Origin: Escherichia phage LQ5
Sequence record: OR677401
DNA: 64,000 nucleotides
Reading direction: 5' to 3' (one strand)
The notes under the pieces are model-generated. The model was not told the origin of the DNA, made no database searches, and worked only from the letters and a program-made list of their open reading frames with translations. Position numbers and translations under genes: made by a program. Below are positions 8,227 to 18,100 of the stretch, one piece after another (position 1 is the first letter of the stretch; every line of letters begins with the position of its first letter).

Positions 8227-8243
8227 TAAGGATATGTTAGTAT
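8215..8243 (+). promoter_or_regulatory. T4-type early promoter upstream of asiA
   Basis: gtttac 8215-8220, 17-nt spacer, tagtat -10. Confidence 0.55.
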
Positions 8244-8284
8244 AGCCCTATCAGATAATGACGTACTGAATTGAAGAGAATATT

Positions 8285-8560
8285 ATGACTAAAATTGAAA
8301 TTGTTTCCGAAATTGCTACTATTGTTTCCATTTTGATTAAAACGGATTGTGAAGACATCATGCAACGTCGTGATGAGTTTATTGCCTTTTTGAATGAGTT
8401 GGGTATTCGTAATGAACATGGAAAGGAACTTAATGGTTTGTCTTATAACAAATTATTTAAGTCATTAACTGAAGATGAACGTGATACTCTTATTGAGCAA
8501 TTTAATGAAGGGTATGAAGATATACACCGCTATCTAATGATGTATACCTCCAATTTTTAA
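8285..8560 (+). CDS. asiA: AsiA anti-sigma-70 factor
   Basis: 91 aa; ...VASILIK...FIAFLNE.G......L....F.K....LTEDE...LIEQFNEG.E...RYL.MYT matches T4 AsiA. Confidence 0.88.
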   Translation: MTKIEIVSEIATIVSILIKTDCEDIMQRRDEFIAFLNELGIRNEHGKELNGLSYNKLFKSLTEDERDTLIEQFNEGYEDIHRYLMMYTSNF

Positions 8561-9210
8561 CGAGTTCGACCTAATGTCCTCCCGGCTTGACCACACATAG
8601 ACGAAAGTCTAGGAAATCCTAAATCCGGTTTGATATCATACCAGTACAACGATATCGAGCCGGCGTAGACGTTATCCAAATTAAAAAACGGGCACGAAAA
8701 CATATACGTGAATTGTGTTTTCTTCTTTGTAGGAAGGAATACAGTTTCGGTACTTGATTCAAAATAGTTCCCGTTAACTCCCGCCATATATTCTACTGAC
8801 GTTTTGTCAATTGGAAACCCTCCCGTGTTTTTTGCGTCTACCGTTTCCGGTAATTTACCCTCGTAAGCAACCATATCCACAAAATAATTCATGTTGGTTG
8901 GTCTAAAAGAATATATTGCTGTGAAGTCTGCGCCTGAAGAAGAATGCACTATTCGGAGCTGCTCGATAGCCGCAATTTTAAATCTATTGTCCTGGTCTTG
9001 TCTAATCATTTCAGTATAAGAGGCATAAGTTGTCTCTTTATAAAAGTTTAGAATATACTCGCCTTTATACCAAACCAATGCCATAAAGAACAATAATATC
9101 ACGACTAGGACCCGGGAAAAAACTACTTTCCCGGAAGAAGTATCTTTAAAAATTCTATCAAGAAGTCCAAAAAGTAGGTCTGATAATGAAAATCCTACTT
9201 TTGGTTCCAT
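8557..9210 (-). CDS. t: holin T
   Basis: 217 aa (T4 T is 218 aa); ...SDLLFG.LDR.FKD...GKV..SRV.V.ILLF.MA.VWY... and ...FAVYSFRP.N.NYFVD..AYEGKLP...; single N-terminal TMD. Confidence 0.88.
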   Translation of the reverse strand: MEPKVGFSLSDLLFGLLDRIFKDTSSGKVVFSRVLVVILLFFMALVWYKGEYILNFYKETTYASYTEMIRQDQDNRFKIAAIEQLRIVHSSSGADFTAIYSFRPTNMNYFVDMVAYEGKLPETVDAKNTGGFPIDKTSVEYMAGVNGNYFESSTETVFLPTKKKTQFTYMFSCPFFNLDNVYAGSISLYWYDIKPDLGFPRLSSMCGQAGRTLGRTR

Positions 9211-9228
9211 ACTTTTCTCCTTTAAAGA

Positions 9229-9236
9229 TATTTATA
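9229..9236 (-). promoter_or_regulatory. late promoter TATAAATA (gp55-dependent) for t
   Basis: reverse complement of tatttata lies ~20 nt upstream of the t start. Confidence 0.6.
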
Positions 9237-9251
9237 GAGCTTATGCACGCA

Positions 9252-10052
9252 CTATAGCCAGGAACCGTAGATAACACCTGTATTATGCCAAGTAGGAGAA
9301 CTTCCAGCAACAGCAGCTCCTGCGCCGCCACCAGCGCCGACTTTTAGAACTTTACCGCCATCAGACCATGCATTCTGACCTGCGCCGCCTGCATCGCCAC
9401 CCTGACCAGAGTGGGCATTTCCGTATTGATAACCACCTCCTGGACCATCCAAAGAAGCTCCGCCACCTGAATATCCACCACCGCCGCCTGGGCCAAATGG
9501 ACGTCCACCACCGCCACCGATATCTTGCCAGTTAGCACCTGAGTGAGGACGATACGCAATGCCACCACCGCCACCACCACCGCCACAGATAACCCCACCA
9601 TTATTAATTCTTAAACGACCACCAATATCATTTACAATACAAGTTCCACCCCATTGGCCGTTGCCATCGCCACCCGAGTGGGTCCATCCACCTTGACCAC
9701 CTCGGCCCCATATATGAACCCCACCACCAATATTCAATTGAACATATTCGTTTGGAGTATCCCCATACATAAAGAACAATGGAACATCACGGGTATAAGA
9801 TACTAATGTGCCTGTAAGATTAAACACAATAGGCGCACTACCGGCTTCAAGGCAACGGTCGCGGAACCATTGCCCATTAAAGTTATGGTCCGCTCCAAGT
9901 GTATGAATAATTTCTCTTGAGCGACCTGCAAATTGACTCATCCAGCAAGGAACACCTAATCTTAATTGACCGGCCGCTTGACTCATCCAGCGCTGACCCG
10001 TTTCATTTACGGCTGAACTTCCAATCCAGCCAGGAACACCAACTACTGCCAT
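9252..10052 (-). CDS. 38: gp38 receptor-recognising adhesin, T2/T6 type (glycine-rich)
   Basis: 266 aa; N-terminus [67 protein letters not shown] matches T2 gp38 as I recall it; C-terminal half is poly-Gly blocks separated by variable segments. Confidence 0.9.
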   Translation of the reverse strand: MAVVGVPGWIGSSAVNETGQRWMSQAAGQLRLGVPCWMSQFAGRSREIIHTLGADHNFNGQWFRDRCLEAGSAPIVFNLTGTLVSYTRDVPLFFMYGDTPNEYVQLNIGGGVHIWGRGGQGGWTHSGGDGNGQWGGTCIVNDIGGRLRINNGGVICGGGGGGGGIAYRPHSGANWQDIGGGGGRPFGPGGGGGYSGGGASLDGPGGGYQYGNAHSGQGGDAGGAGQNAWSDGGKVLKVGAGGGAGAAVAGSSPTWHNTGVIYGSWL

Positions 10053-10085
10053 AATTTATCTCCAAAGGGGCAAAGCCCCTTGTTA

Positions 10086-13000
10086 TTAGAATTTAAAGTA
10101 TTTACCAATTTTGCGAGCAATTTTAGTGAAGAAAGGCGTTTTCAATTCTTTAATTTCTTCACTCATTTCCTGAATGGCCCTAATTAAAAGAGCATTCACA
10201 GCGGAGTTAGAAATTGTTAAAATTTCTTCTGGGTTATCCTGAGATCCGACACTAGAAGTGCTAACAGCTTCCGGTAATACTTCTTGCAAATCCTGTGCGA
10301 TAATACCAATCTCATGGCCGATAACTTCGCGGTCAGAAAGAGATTTAACTTTATCATAGGTTTTAACTTTGAGTTTATTTACCTTATCTACCGCATTCTC
10401 TTCGTAGTCTTCAACATTAATTTTCAGACGACGGTCAGAACGAATATAAACGTCGTTACAATATACAGAAGCACTAGATGTGAAATCACCATTTGCAGAC
10501 CATTCGTACCAGCCGCCTTTGTTCATATGCATCATTACGGTAGCGTTACCACCGCCAGCATGAACACCCATTGACGCAAGATAATCAGCACCCCAATGAA
10601 CTGCTTTCCAAATTGAATATGCTTGGTTTTGTGAATCCTGACAATCTAAGAGAATACCAGCCGGGCGATCTCGCCAGTCTACCCATGCACCACCAGAAAC
10701 CTCACCGCGAATAATTCCTTGATCTGCGGCATAAGGAACACGTCCGTCAAGTTTAAACATCGCGCCCATGAAGCGATGTTCAATTGGACCACCATAGTTA
10801 TTGCGAATATGTAAAATACCCTCATCTGTAGCCCAGATAACAGCCTTTTCTGCATCGCTATCATCTCTAAACCAGATGTGGCGAGCGCCAGCAGAGTTTT
10901 TGATGGTTATTCCGGAAGGTCCATGCACAGTAAAATTGCCACCAACATCAAAATTCAAACTGTTATCTGTCCTGCGTTCAGTATAGAAGTGATAACCTTT
11001 GGAATCTTTGACTTCCATCACTGCCGCGCGACCAACTTCTGAATTTCCCCAATTATTAATAGAGAATCGTTCAGAGCTATTATTCATCTGATTTAGGTAT
11101 AATGTACCATCAGTGGATGTTTCGCCAAAGAAACGAGTTTTAATTGCACCTGTCGCTAAAGTACGTTCAGTGGAAAAATGAGCGCCTTGACTATCTTCTA
11201 ACTGGATGATGTTATCACGAGCATTATTACTATCACCCAAATGGTTAAATTTAAAATAATCTTGTGATCCTAAATGTCCGGCGTCAAAAGTCATCACGCC
11301 TTTCATGTTAATACCACCATCGACCAGAACGTTATCCGGAAAGTTAACTGTACCATCAGCGTTAAATCTTGATGTATGGCCTTGTGAACCATCTTCTTTG
11401 ATATGGTGTAAAACAAAAGTCCCGGAATTAATTTCAGTACCTAAAGACCAAACTGCTTTACCTTGAAGGTATTTTTGCTTAACAATCGGATAATATTTGT
11501 TTACAGCATCATCATCGATTTCCTGGAAAATAGGAGCTGCTTGAACATACTGAATATCATAACCACCAGCGCCTGCGCCATGACCAACAAATTTAATATA
11601 GCCGTTCGCAGTGATCGTATTGTATCTTGACTGTAAATCTGGAATACTTACTTTACCGGTATCTAAAGCCAAACTAAACGGGCGAAGCGGACCAATATCA
11701 CCAGTTTTACCTTCGCCAAAGGCAGTTGGAATAATATGAAGACTTCCTTCTGAACGACGGAAAATAGCGGCGTAATCGTCGTTCCAAATTCTAAGAGCAT
11801 TGACCGCATTACCAGCAATAGTGCCGGAGACGTTAACTTCCTGGCCGACATTTATACTTTCGTTTACACCCAAAGTTCCATTTAAATGGCTTTGAATAGC
11901 ACCTGAAGACAGTCGTTGATAATATTGAATCCAGCTAGTGGCATCAGATATTTCCATTACGTTTTTACGGTCGCCATCAACATTAGTAAAGGTATTACCC
12001 CAAACGGCGATAGTCATATTATCAACTGAACTACTTCCGGTCGTGTTACCTTTGAACAACAGGGTAGATGCATTGTTGCGGCCATCAATATTAACCGAAC
12101 CGCCAACAACATCAATATTACCCGGAGTAACTAACAAACCACCAGCGGTGTTAACGTTTGTAGTACCCTTACCACGGAAATAGTGGTGATAATTACCGCC
12201 TTGATAATAACCTAAAAGAGTTTGTCCGTCACCTACCGCGTTATTATCATGATAAGTGACAACCGTCGCCAAAGCATAGTTTTCCGACGGAGGAGTGGTT
12301 AAATCGGTGCCGTTTACAGAATACCCCATAACCATTTTTCTAAGACTGGTGGTTTCTGCAGGGCCGTACAGGAAAGTTCTCGTGCCGTTATTAACGCTGA
12401 AATAATATCCATCCTGGTGCCATTTTAACCCGGTGTCATTATCGCCAAGAGCAATTGAACCTTTACCTAAGGCTGAATATGTCATAGGCCCTGATTCCAT
12501 ACCTACTGCAATCGAATGTCCAGCTTGAAAACCGCCAGAATAAGCAAAAGACAACATATAATCAGTAGGGGTTGAACCAGAATACCAACTGATACCGTTA
12601 TTTTCACAAATTTCATGGAGCATTGCAGACGCCGGGTCGGTACGTACAACGCGCAAATAGTTTTTATCCGTGGCAGAATTATTATTTGCTAATGAAGATA
12701 TATCATAATCGCCAGCTTTCTTACCATTTGTAATAACTTTATCGGTCAGAATTTGTGGGGATGAAATAGATTTCCATGCCGATACTTCAGGTGAAGTAAA
12801 TTGACCATTGCCTGAAAATGCATAAGTGCTTTCGCTACCAGCGGCATAATCTTGAACACGGATATTAACTAGCTGAGTTGTCAACCCTTCATTATTAGGA
12901 GAAAAGATAATACCACGTTCACGTGATGCGCCGTCAAAGAATCTCAAATGAGAAGTTGAAGCACTCTTAGAAATAAGTTCTCCGCCTTCAGTCATTATCT

Positions 13001-13307
13001 GACCTGCAGCAATAATATCACGAGTTACGCGAGCAATACCGGTTAAATTAAAATCACCTGTTTGGGTAAAGGTACCATTTAGGGTATAATCGCCGGTTTG
13101 GGTGTAATTTCCTTTATGGATAACATTACCGTCGATATTACCGCCTTTAGCAAAACCGAGGTCGATAATAGCTCCAGTATCGTCTTTAGTAAAAAGTAAA
13201 CGGTCCTTTAAGTTAATAGCCAGTTCGCCTTCAGCCAACTGGGCCGGTGCTGGACGTACACCGGCTACTTTACTTCTTTTAAATTGGATTTGCTTTAAAG
13301 TAGCCAT
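10086..13307 (-). CDS. 37: gp37 long tail fibre distal subunit
   Basis: 1073 aa; N-terminus MATLKQIQFKRSK.AG.RPA...LAEGELAINLKDR..FTKDD.G.IIDLGFAKGG matches T4 gp37; C-terminal ~120 aa begin SDRRLKINVEDYEE (auto-processing chaperone-like motif). Confidence 0.9.
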   Translation of the reverse strand: MATLKQIQFKRSKVAGVRPAPAQLAEGELAINLKDRLLFTKDDTGAIIDLGFAKGGNIDGNVIHKGNYTQTGDYTLNGTFTQTGDFNLTGIARVTRDIIAAGQIMTEGGELISKSASTSHLRFFDGASRERGIIFSPNNEGLTTQLVNIRVQDYAAGSESTYAFSGNGQFTSPEVSAWKSISSPQILTDKVITNGKKAGDYDISSLANNNSATDKNYLRVVRTDPASAMLHEICENNGISWYSGSTPTDYMLSFAYSGGFQAGHSIAVGMESGPMTYSALGKGSIALGDNDTGLKWHQDGYYFSVNNGTRTFLYGPAETTSLRKMVMGYSVNGTDLTTPPSENYALATVVTYHDNNAVGDGQTLLGYYQGGNYHHYFRGKGTTNVNTAGGLLVTPGNIDVVGGSVNIDGRNNASTLLFKGNTTGSSSVDNMTIAVWGNTFTNVDGDRKNVMEISDATSWIQYYQRLSSGAIQSHLNGTLGVNESINVGQEVNVSGTIAGNAVNALRIWNDDYAAIFRRSEGSLHIIPTAFGEGKTGDIGPLRPFSLALDTGKVSIPDLQSRYNTITANGYIKFVGHGAGAGGYDIQYVQAAPIFQEIDDDAVNKYYPIVKQKYLQGKAVWSLGTEINSGTFVLHHIKEDGSQGHTSRFNADGTVNFPDNVLVDGGINMKGVMTFDAGHLGSQDYFKFNHLGDSNNARDNIIQLEDSQGAHFSTERTLATGAIKTRFFGETSTDGTLYLNQMNNSSERFSINNWGNSEVGRAAVMEVKDSKGYHFYTERRTDNSLNFDVGGNFTVHGPSGITIKNSAGARHIWFRDDSDAEKAVIWATDEGILHIRNNYGGPIEHRFMGAMFKLDGRVPYAADQGIIRGEVSGGAWVDWRDRPAGILLDCQDSQNQAYSIWKAVHWGADYLASMGVHAGGGNATVMMHMNKGGWYEWSANGDFTSSASVYCNDVYIRSDRRLKINVEDYEENAVDKVNKLKVKTYDKVKSLSDREVIGHEIGIIAQDLQEVLPEAVSTSSVGSQDNPEEILTISNSAVNALLIRAIQEMSEEIKELKTPFFTKIARKIGKYFKF

Positions 13308-13315
13308 AATGCCTC

Positions 13316-13963
13316 TTAATAATAACCAAAATCTTGAATAGAATCTTTAATAACAATCTGGTCAAAACGAGGAACGTGTCCTGCGTCAGAGGCCGGATTC
13401 AGCGAAATAAAGTTAGGAGCAGCAAGTACTCCGGTCATTGTTTGCATGTTAGTATTATTTATTTGGACCTGTTTTGCGTTATCTACTAACGATAATCCTA
13501 CTTGAGCTTTAGTAGGGGTGTTGCCTGGGCTGAATACACGACCTGATTCGTCATAAACTTGACGGAATAATGAATCACCCATTACGGTAAGTCGTTTAGC
13601 ACCAACTGCTGTATTCGGGTCAAATATTATAAATGGAGTACCGTTTTCCGTTTCATATCCAAAAGCGCCTTTAATACGGAAAGAAGCCGTGAACGGGGCT
13701 CCGCCAGTTCTTGCTCCTAATTTAATACCATATCCATTGGTATCATTAAAGGTCAGGCCTTTTTCAAAATACACGTTATTCTTATAATTACCACCATTTG
13801 CTTTTGAAACAAAGTCGTTATCAGTGGCTTGCGGTTTATTATATTCGGTATAAACTTTATATGTTTTGTAAAGAAGGTCATTTGATACAGGCGTTAAGGG
13901 AAAATTACCTTGGTGCCATAATACCGAACCTCCTGCTGTAGAACCTAATTTTAAATCTGCCAT
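13316..13963 (-). CDS. 36: gp36 long tail fibre hinge protein
   Basis: 215 aa; MADLK.GST.GGSV.WHQGNFPL... and C-terminal HVPRFDQIVIKDS.QDFGYY match T4 gp36. Confidence 0.85.
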   Translation of the reverse strand: MADLKLGSTAGGSVLWHQGNFPLTPVSNDLLYKTYKVYTEYNKPQATDNDFVSKANGGNYKNNVYFEKGLTFNDTNGYGIKLGARTGGAPFTASFRIKGAFGYETENGTPFIIFDPNTAVGAKRLTVMGDSLFRQVYDESGRVFSPGNTPTKAQVGLSLVDNAKQVQINNTNMQTMTGVLAAPNFISLNPASDAGHVPRFDQIVIKDSIQDFGYY

Positions 13964-14010
13964 TTGAGTTTCCTTTGGGAGTTATAGCCTTTTATATATT
14001 TATGGTCGTA

Positions 14011-14038
14011 GAAAACGAAAAAGGAACCCGAAGGTTCC
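14011..14038 (-). terminator. stem-loop/terminator after gene 35 (minus strand)
   Basis: GGAACC-UUCG-GGUUCC on the minus strand followed by U-rich run. Confidence 0.5.
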
Positions 14039-15160
14039 TTAATATTTTTCTCTAAATTCAGCGACCCAAACCTGGCCAGGTTTAGTGCCTGTTTTATCAT
14101 ATAGCTGGGCTATGGTAGTACCCATATTTTTAGTTTCCGTACCAAAGTTCATACGAATACCGTTAACACCAAATTCAGCAGGTTTTGGCTGAGGTTCTGA
14201 TTCAGATATCTCACCGAACATAACATTTCGAACTCCGCCTTGGCCAGCCGAAGCGGTTTTTCTGGCATAAAGGGTAAAGTCTGTAGTACCTTCAGGAACC
14301 ATTACAACCCGTTCAAATGTCATCCATGCACCGGCAGGAACGTTGGAAGGAACGTCCATATTAACTGTCCCGGTTAAAGCACCTGAGGCATTAAAAAATC
14401 TAACAGACATCTGAGAGGTCCCGACGTCTTTTAAAGCTTGGTCGCGCATTAATTGAAACTTAAGGTAAAAGAATTCACCTGGTTTCATATTATAATCTGT
14501 TAATGGGGTAGTAGGAGATTCGGTAGGAAATCGCTTAATTTCATCTCCCTCATTGCTTAGATAAGTGCTTTCGTCTTCAACAATTCTGACAGGATATCCT
14601 GTACCACCGACATCACTGATATCGTCAAATACTACTTCTAATGGAGTAGAAACATCTTCGACCAATACCCCATCATTATAAAGCACATGTTCCATTACTA
14701 TGGCATTCCTTCCTGAAACATAAAATGCAGAATAAGACGGCTCAAAACGGTCTATCAACCACTTAGTCGGGAATGCGGTACTTCCTGCCGCACGGAACCA
14801 ATCGATAAGTTTTTGTGAAGCATTTAATCTACCAGAAGATACTAAACAAACTATTCTATTGGCCGGTATAGAATTTATATACGTTATAAAAGCTTCAGAA
14901 ATAACATCAAAATCTTTTGTAAAACTATAAGTTTTGTTAGCCACTATTTTGGGTTCAGCACTAACATCGATTTCTATAAGGTTTAATCCATTTTGAAAAT
15001 TCTGGGAACCGAAGTTCCCATCTTGAAATTTAACATATGCTTTTGTGGTAGACTTAGTACAACTACCAGCTATACTAAGTTTATACCTTACAGCATTGTT
15101 TTCAGATAATGTAGGAACCTGGACATATCCTTGTCCAAATTCTGCCATAAATCTTTCCAT
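14039..15160 (-). CDS. 35: gp35 long tail fibre hinge connector
   Basis: 373 aa (T4 gp35 is 372 aa); position between 34 and 36. Confidence 0.8.
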   Translation of the reverse strand: MERFMAEFGQGYVQVPTLSENNAVRYKLSIAGSCTKSTTKAYVKFQDGNFGSQNFQNGLNLIEIDVSAEPKIVANKTYSFTKDFDVISEAFITYINSIPANRIVCLVSSGRLNASQKLIDWFRAAGSTAFPTKWLIDRFEPSYSAFYVSGRNAIVMEHVLYNDGVLVEDVSTPLEVVFDDISDVGGTGYPVRIVEDESTYLSNEGDEIKRFPTESPTTPLTDYNMKPGEFFYLKFQLMRDQALKDVGTSQMSVRFFNASGALTGTVNMDVPSNVPAGAWMTFERVVMVPEGTTDFTLYARKTASAGQGGVRNVMFGEISESEPQPKPAEFGVNGIRMNFGTETKNMGTTIAQLYDKTGTKPGQVWVAEFREKY

Positions 15161-15168
15161 AATACCTC

Positions 15169-18100
15169 TTATTCAATCCACTCAAACTTAACGGATTTAG
15201 TGACCGGGTCAGGAATAATACGAACGTTACCAATACGTAACCAATCAAGGATTGTAATGTTACCCATTGTAGCGTTATCAGCAGGCAATGCACCAACCTC
15301 TTCAGCAGAAGGAGGGTTATCTGCCGTATAGACCATAGAGAACGTAGTCCATGCGTTTTTATTTTTCTGCCAGGTACGTGTATAACGAATAGTACCACCA
15401 TTCAGTCCTGTAGGATAGCACACCCAATCCTGATAACATGAATCCAATGTATTACCAAACTGAGTTAACGTACCAGGATATTTAACTTCCTTATCACGAA
15501 CAGAATAATCAAACCAAGTACCACGTAATTTCTGACCTGATGTACCGAGAACCTCGTCACCAAAACTACCGTCTTCGTTACGATAACGAATAGCCGGAGA
15601 ACTAAATGCACCCGTTTCTGTCAACCAACCAGAAGCATTCCATATCTCATCAGAAACACCGGCAGGTTTAGTTTGGACCGTATCAATATTAACCTGACGT
15701 TTAGTTTTCATCGTCCAATAACCTGGGAACAGGTTAAATGTGGCCGAATCATTGATATCAACAGACCAGAAGCCAACTGTTTCTGCAGTAGGGGCCTGGG
15801 ATGCTAATGTAGGTTTAACACCAACAGAACGGACGTATTTTTGAGCAACCAAACCATTATTTGCCGATACCTGTCCGGTGGAAACGATAGTACCTGAAGT
15901 AGTTACGTTTTGCAACGAAGACAGAGCAGAAGCATTTAGTGTGGTTGTAGAAACACCGTTAGAAGTGGTTATACCTGTGATATTAGCATTCTTAGAAATA
16001 CTAATGGAACCACTATTAACAGCAAAGTCACCAGTCGTATTAAAGGTCCAGTAGAAAGATTCTAAAGAACCCGGCGATGGAAGATAATGTATTTTAAAAT
16101 CACGAGTTCCGTCGTTTACAGTGCCTAAAGAGAATGTACCTTGCCCTAAACGTTGTTTAACAATAGGATGGAACTTGGCATCCGGGGTCGAATTTATCTC
16201 GGCAAAAATCGGAGCTAAAGTATCACCTTGAGAGTTCCAAGTACCTGCACCAGATTGGGGTCCTACAAATTTAATAGATTTACCTGAGCTAACAGATACA
16301 TCATTTTTAAAAGTAGAATTTCCGGTTACTTCTAGAGAACCTAAAATAGTGTTGCCGGTAATATTAGCCGTACTAGAAGACACCAGAGGAGCGGCCAGGT
16401 TCAATTGTTTTGTCAACGTTAAAGAACCATTAACCGTTTGGTCAACGTCTCTACGAATGAACTGGAGTGAATCTAGGCCATCCAATTTCTCGGAGTTCAC
16501 AGCCGTAGCATTTATAGGTAAAAAGTTCTGTAAAGTTTTATTCATCTCGTAAGATGAAACCGCATAACCCGTTTTAGGATAGTTCGCTGCGTTCAGAACA
16601 GTATCATCGTTCTCATAAAGGCCTGTACCTGAGTTAAATTTAACACCAGAACCAGTAACTTTATTTCCTGAATGGGTTAAAGCACCTTCGGTTAATTTAA
16701 CAAATCCACGGCGAAGTGCAGTAGCTTCCCAAGTAGTTTCGGTCTGTACTACATATTTTAAACCAGAAGGGCTTACAGCCAAAACTTTAGAAGTTCCTGC
16801 GGTTGTTTCGGTATTGGTTGCAACACGAATAATACCTTCAGAACTTTCAGTAGATTTTTTAGAGTGTAATTTCAAAGGAGTGATGATGGTTTTGTCATCA
16901 GTACCAACGTTGACTTCGGTCTGGGTTGCCAGGCGAGCAGTACCACGTTGTGTCTCATTTGCTTCTCTAATATCTAGTGTATAATGGTTCCATAAGGTTC
17001 CTGATTCAACCAAACCACTGGCTGCTGAGACAGAAGTTCTAGCAGTATCATTAAATCTTGTTTTAATTTTCAACGGAGTTGAAATAACATTATCTAACGT
17101 ACCTGCATCAAATTCTACCTGTGTTGCAATTCTAGCAATACCAGTCAATCCTTCCGTAGCTTTCCTATCATTTAACGTCTTAGGCGTTACCGCACGAGTA
17201 TAATCTGTTCCAGTATCAGTTTCCTGTTGCGTAGCAATTTCAATTAACCCTGTACGAGTATCAAGAGCCACACGAGCATGTAATGTTTCCGGAGAAACAG
17301 CACTGTTGGCAAATCCACTTGCCGATTGGCCTGCGTTAACTTCAGATTGGTTAGAAAGATATACCGTACCCTGTTGAACTTGGGTAGCTTTATACTGGTC
17401 AAGAGCTTTAGGAGAAATAACCAAATTGCCTACGTTCTTATTATAAACGTTAGTACCTACAGTGTCTCTAGCAGTCGCAGGAGTGGTTCCTACAGTAGAG
17501 GTATATGTTACAATACCTGAAAGACTTTCCGAACCCTGGCGTGCTTGTAGCTTCTTAGGAGTGATGATTGTAGTATCATCTGTACCCGTGTTAGTTTCAA
17601 CTTGCGTAGCAATTTCAGCAACACCACGGCGAGTTTCGGTTGCAGTACGTTCGTTTAATTTCTTAGGAGAAATAATCAAATCGTCCTGGAATGCGAAGGT
17701 TGTGTCCTGGTTCACCTGAGCAGTAGTAGCAATACGAGCAATACCACGACGAGATTCAGTCGCCACACGATTAGCTAAAGTCTGCGGAGTAATTGCCAGT
17801 TCTTTTTCAGGATTATTTTCATGGTCAACGTTTGCTTGAGTCTGGGACGCAAGGGCAATAACACCTAAACGAGCACGAGTTAAATCATCTTTAGAATCCA
17901 CACGTTCTATAGTAGGAACGTTCTGGGCAACAACCCAATATTTGCCACCTGTAGCGGTGTCTTCGATATAACTCAGTTCAATAACCGGAGTATAACTTAT
18001 ATTGCCATTAAAGGTCAGTACGTCATTCAATACCCATTCGGTTTCTGGTGGATATTCTGAACGTTTAGGGAATTGAAGCAACTGGACGGATGAAGCAATC

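Noticed and set aside
9344-9601. Repetitive GGN-rich DNA in gene 38 and the ORF on its alternate frame
   Set aside because: The repeats encode the poly-glycine blocks of the gp38 adhesin; they are not a CRISPR array (no unique spacers between identical repeats) and the alternate-frame ORF is an artefact.
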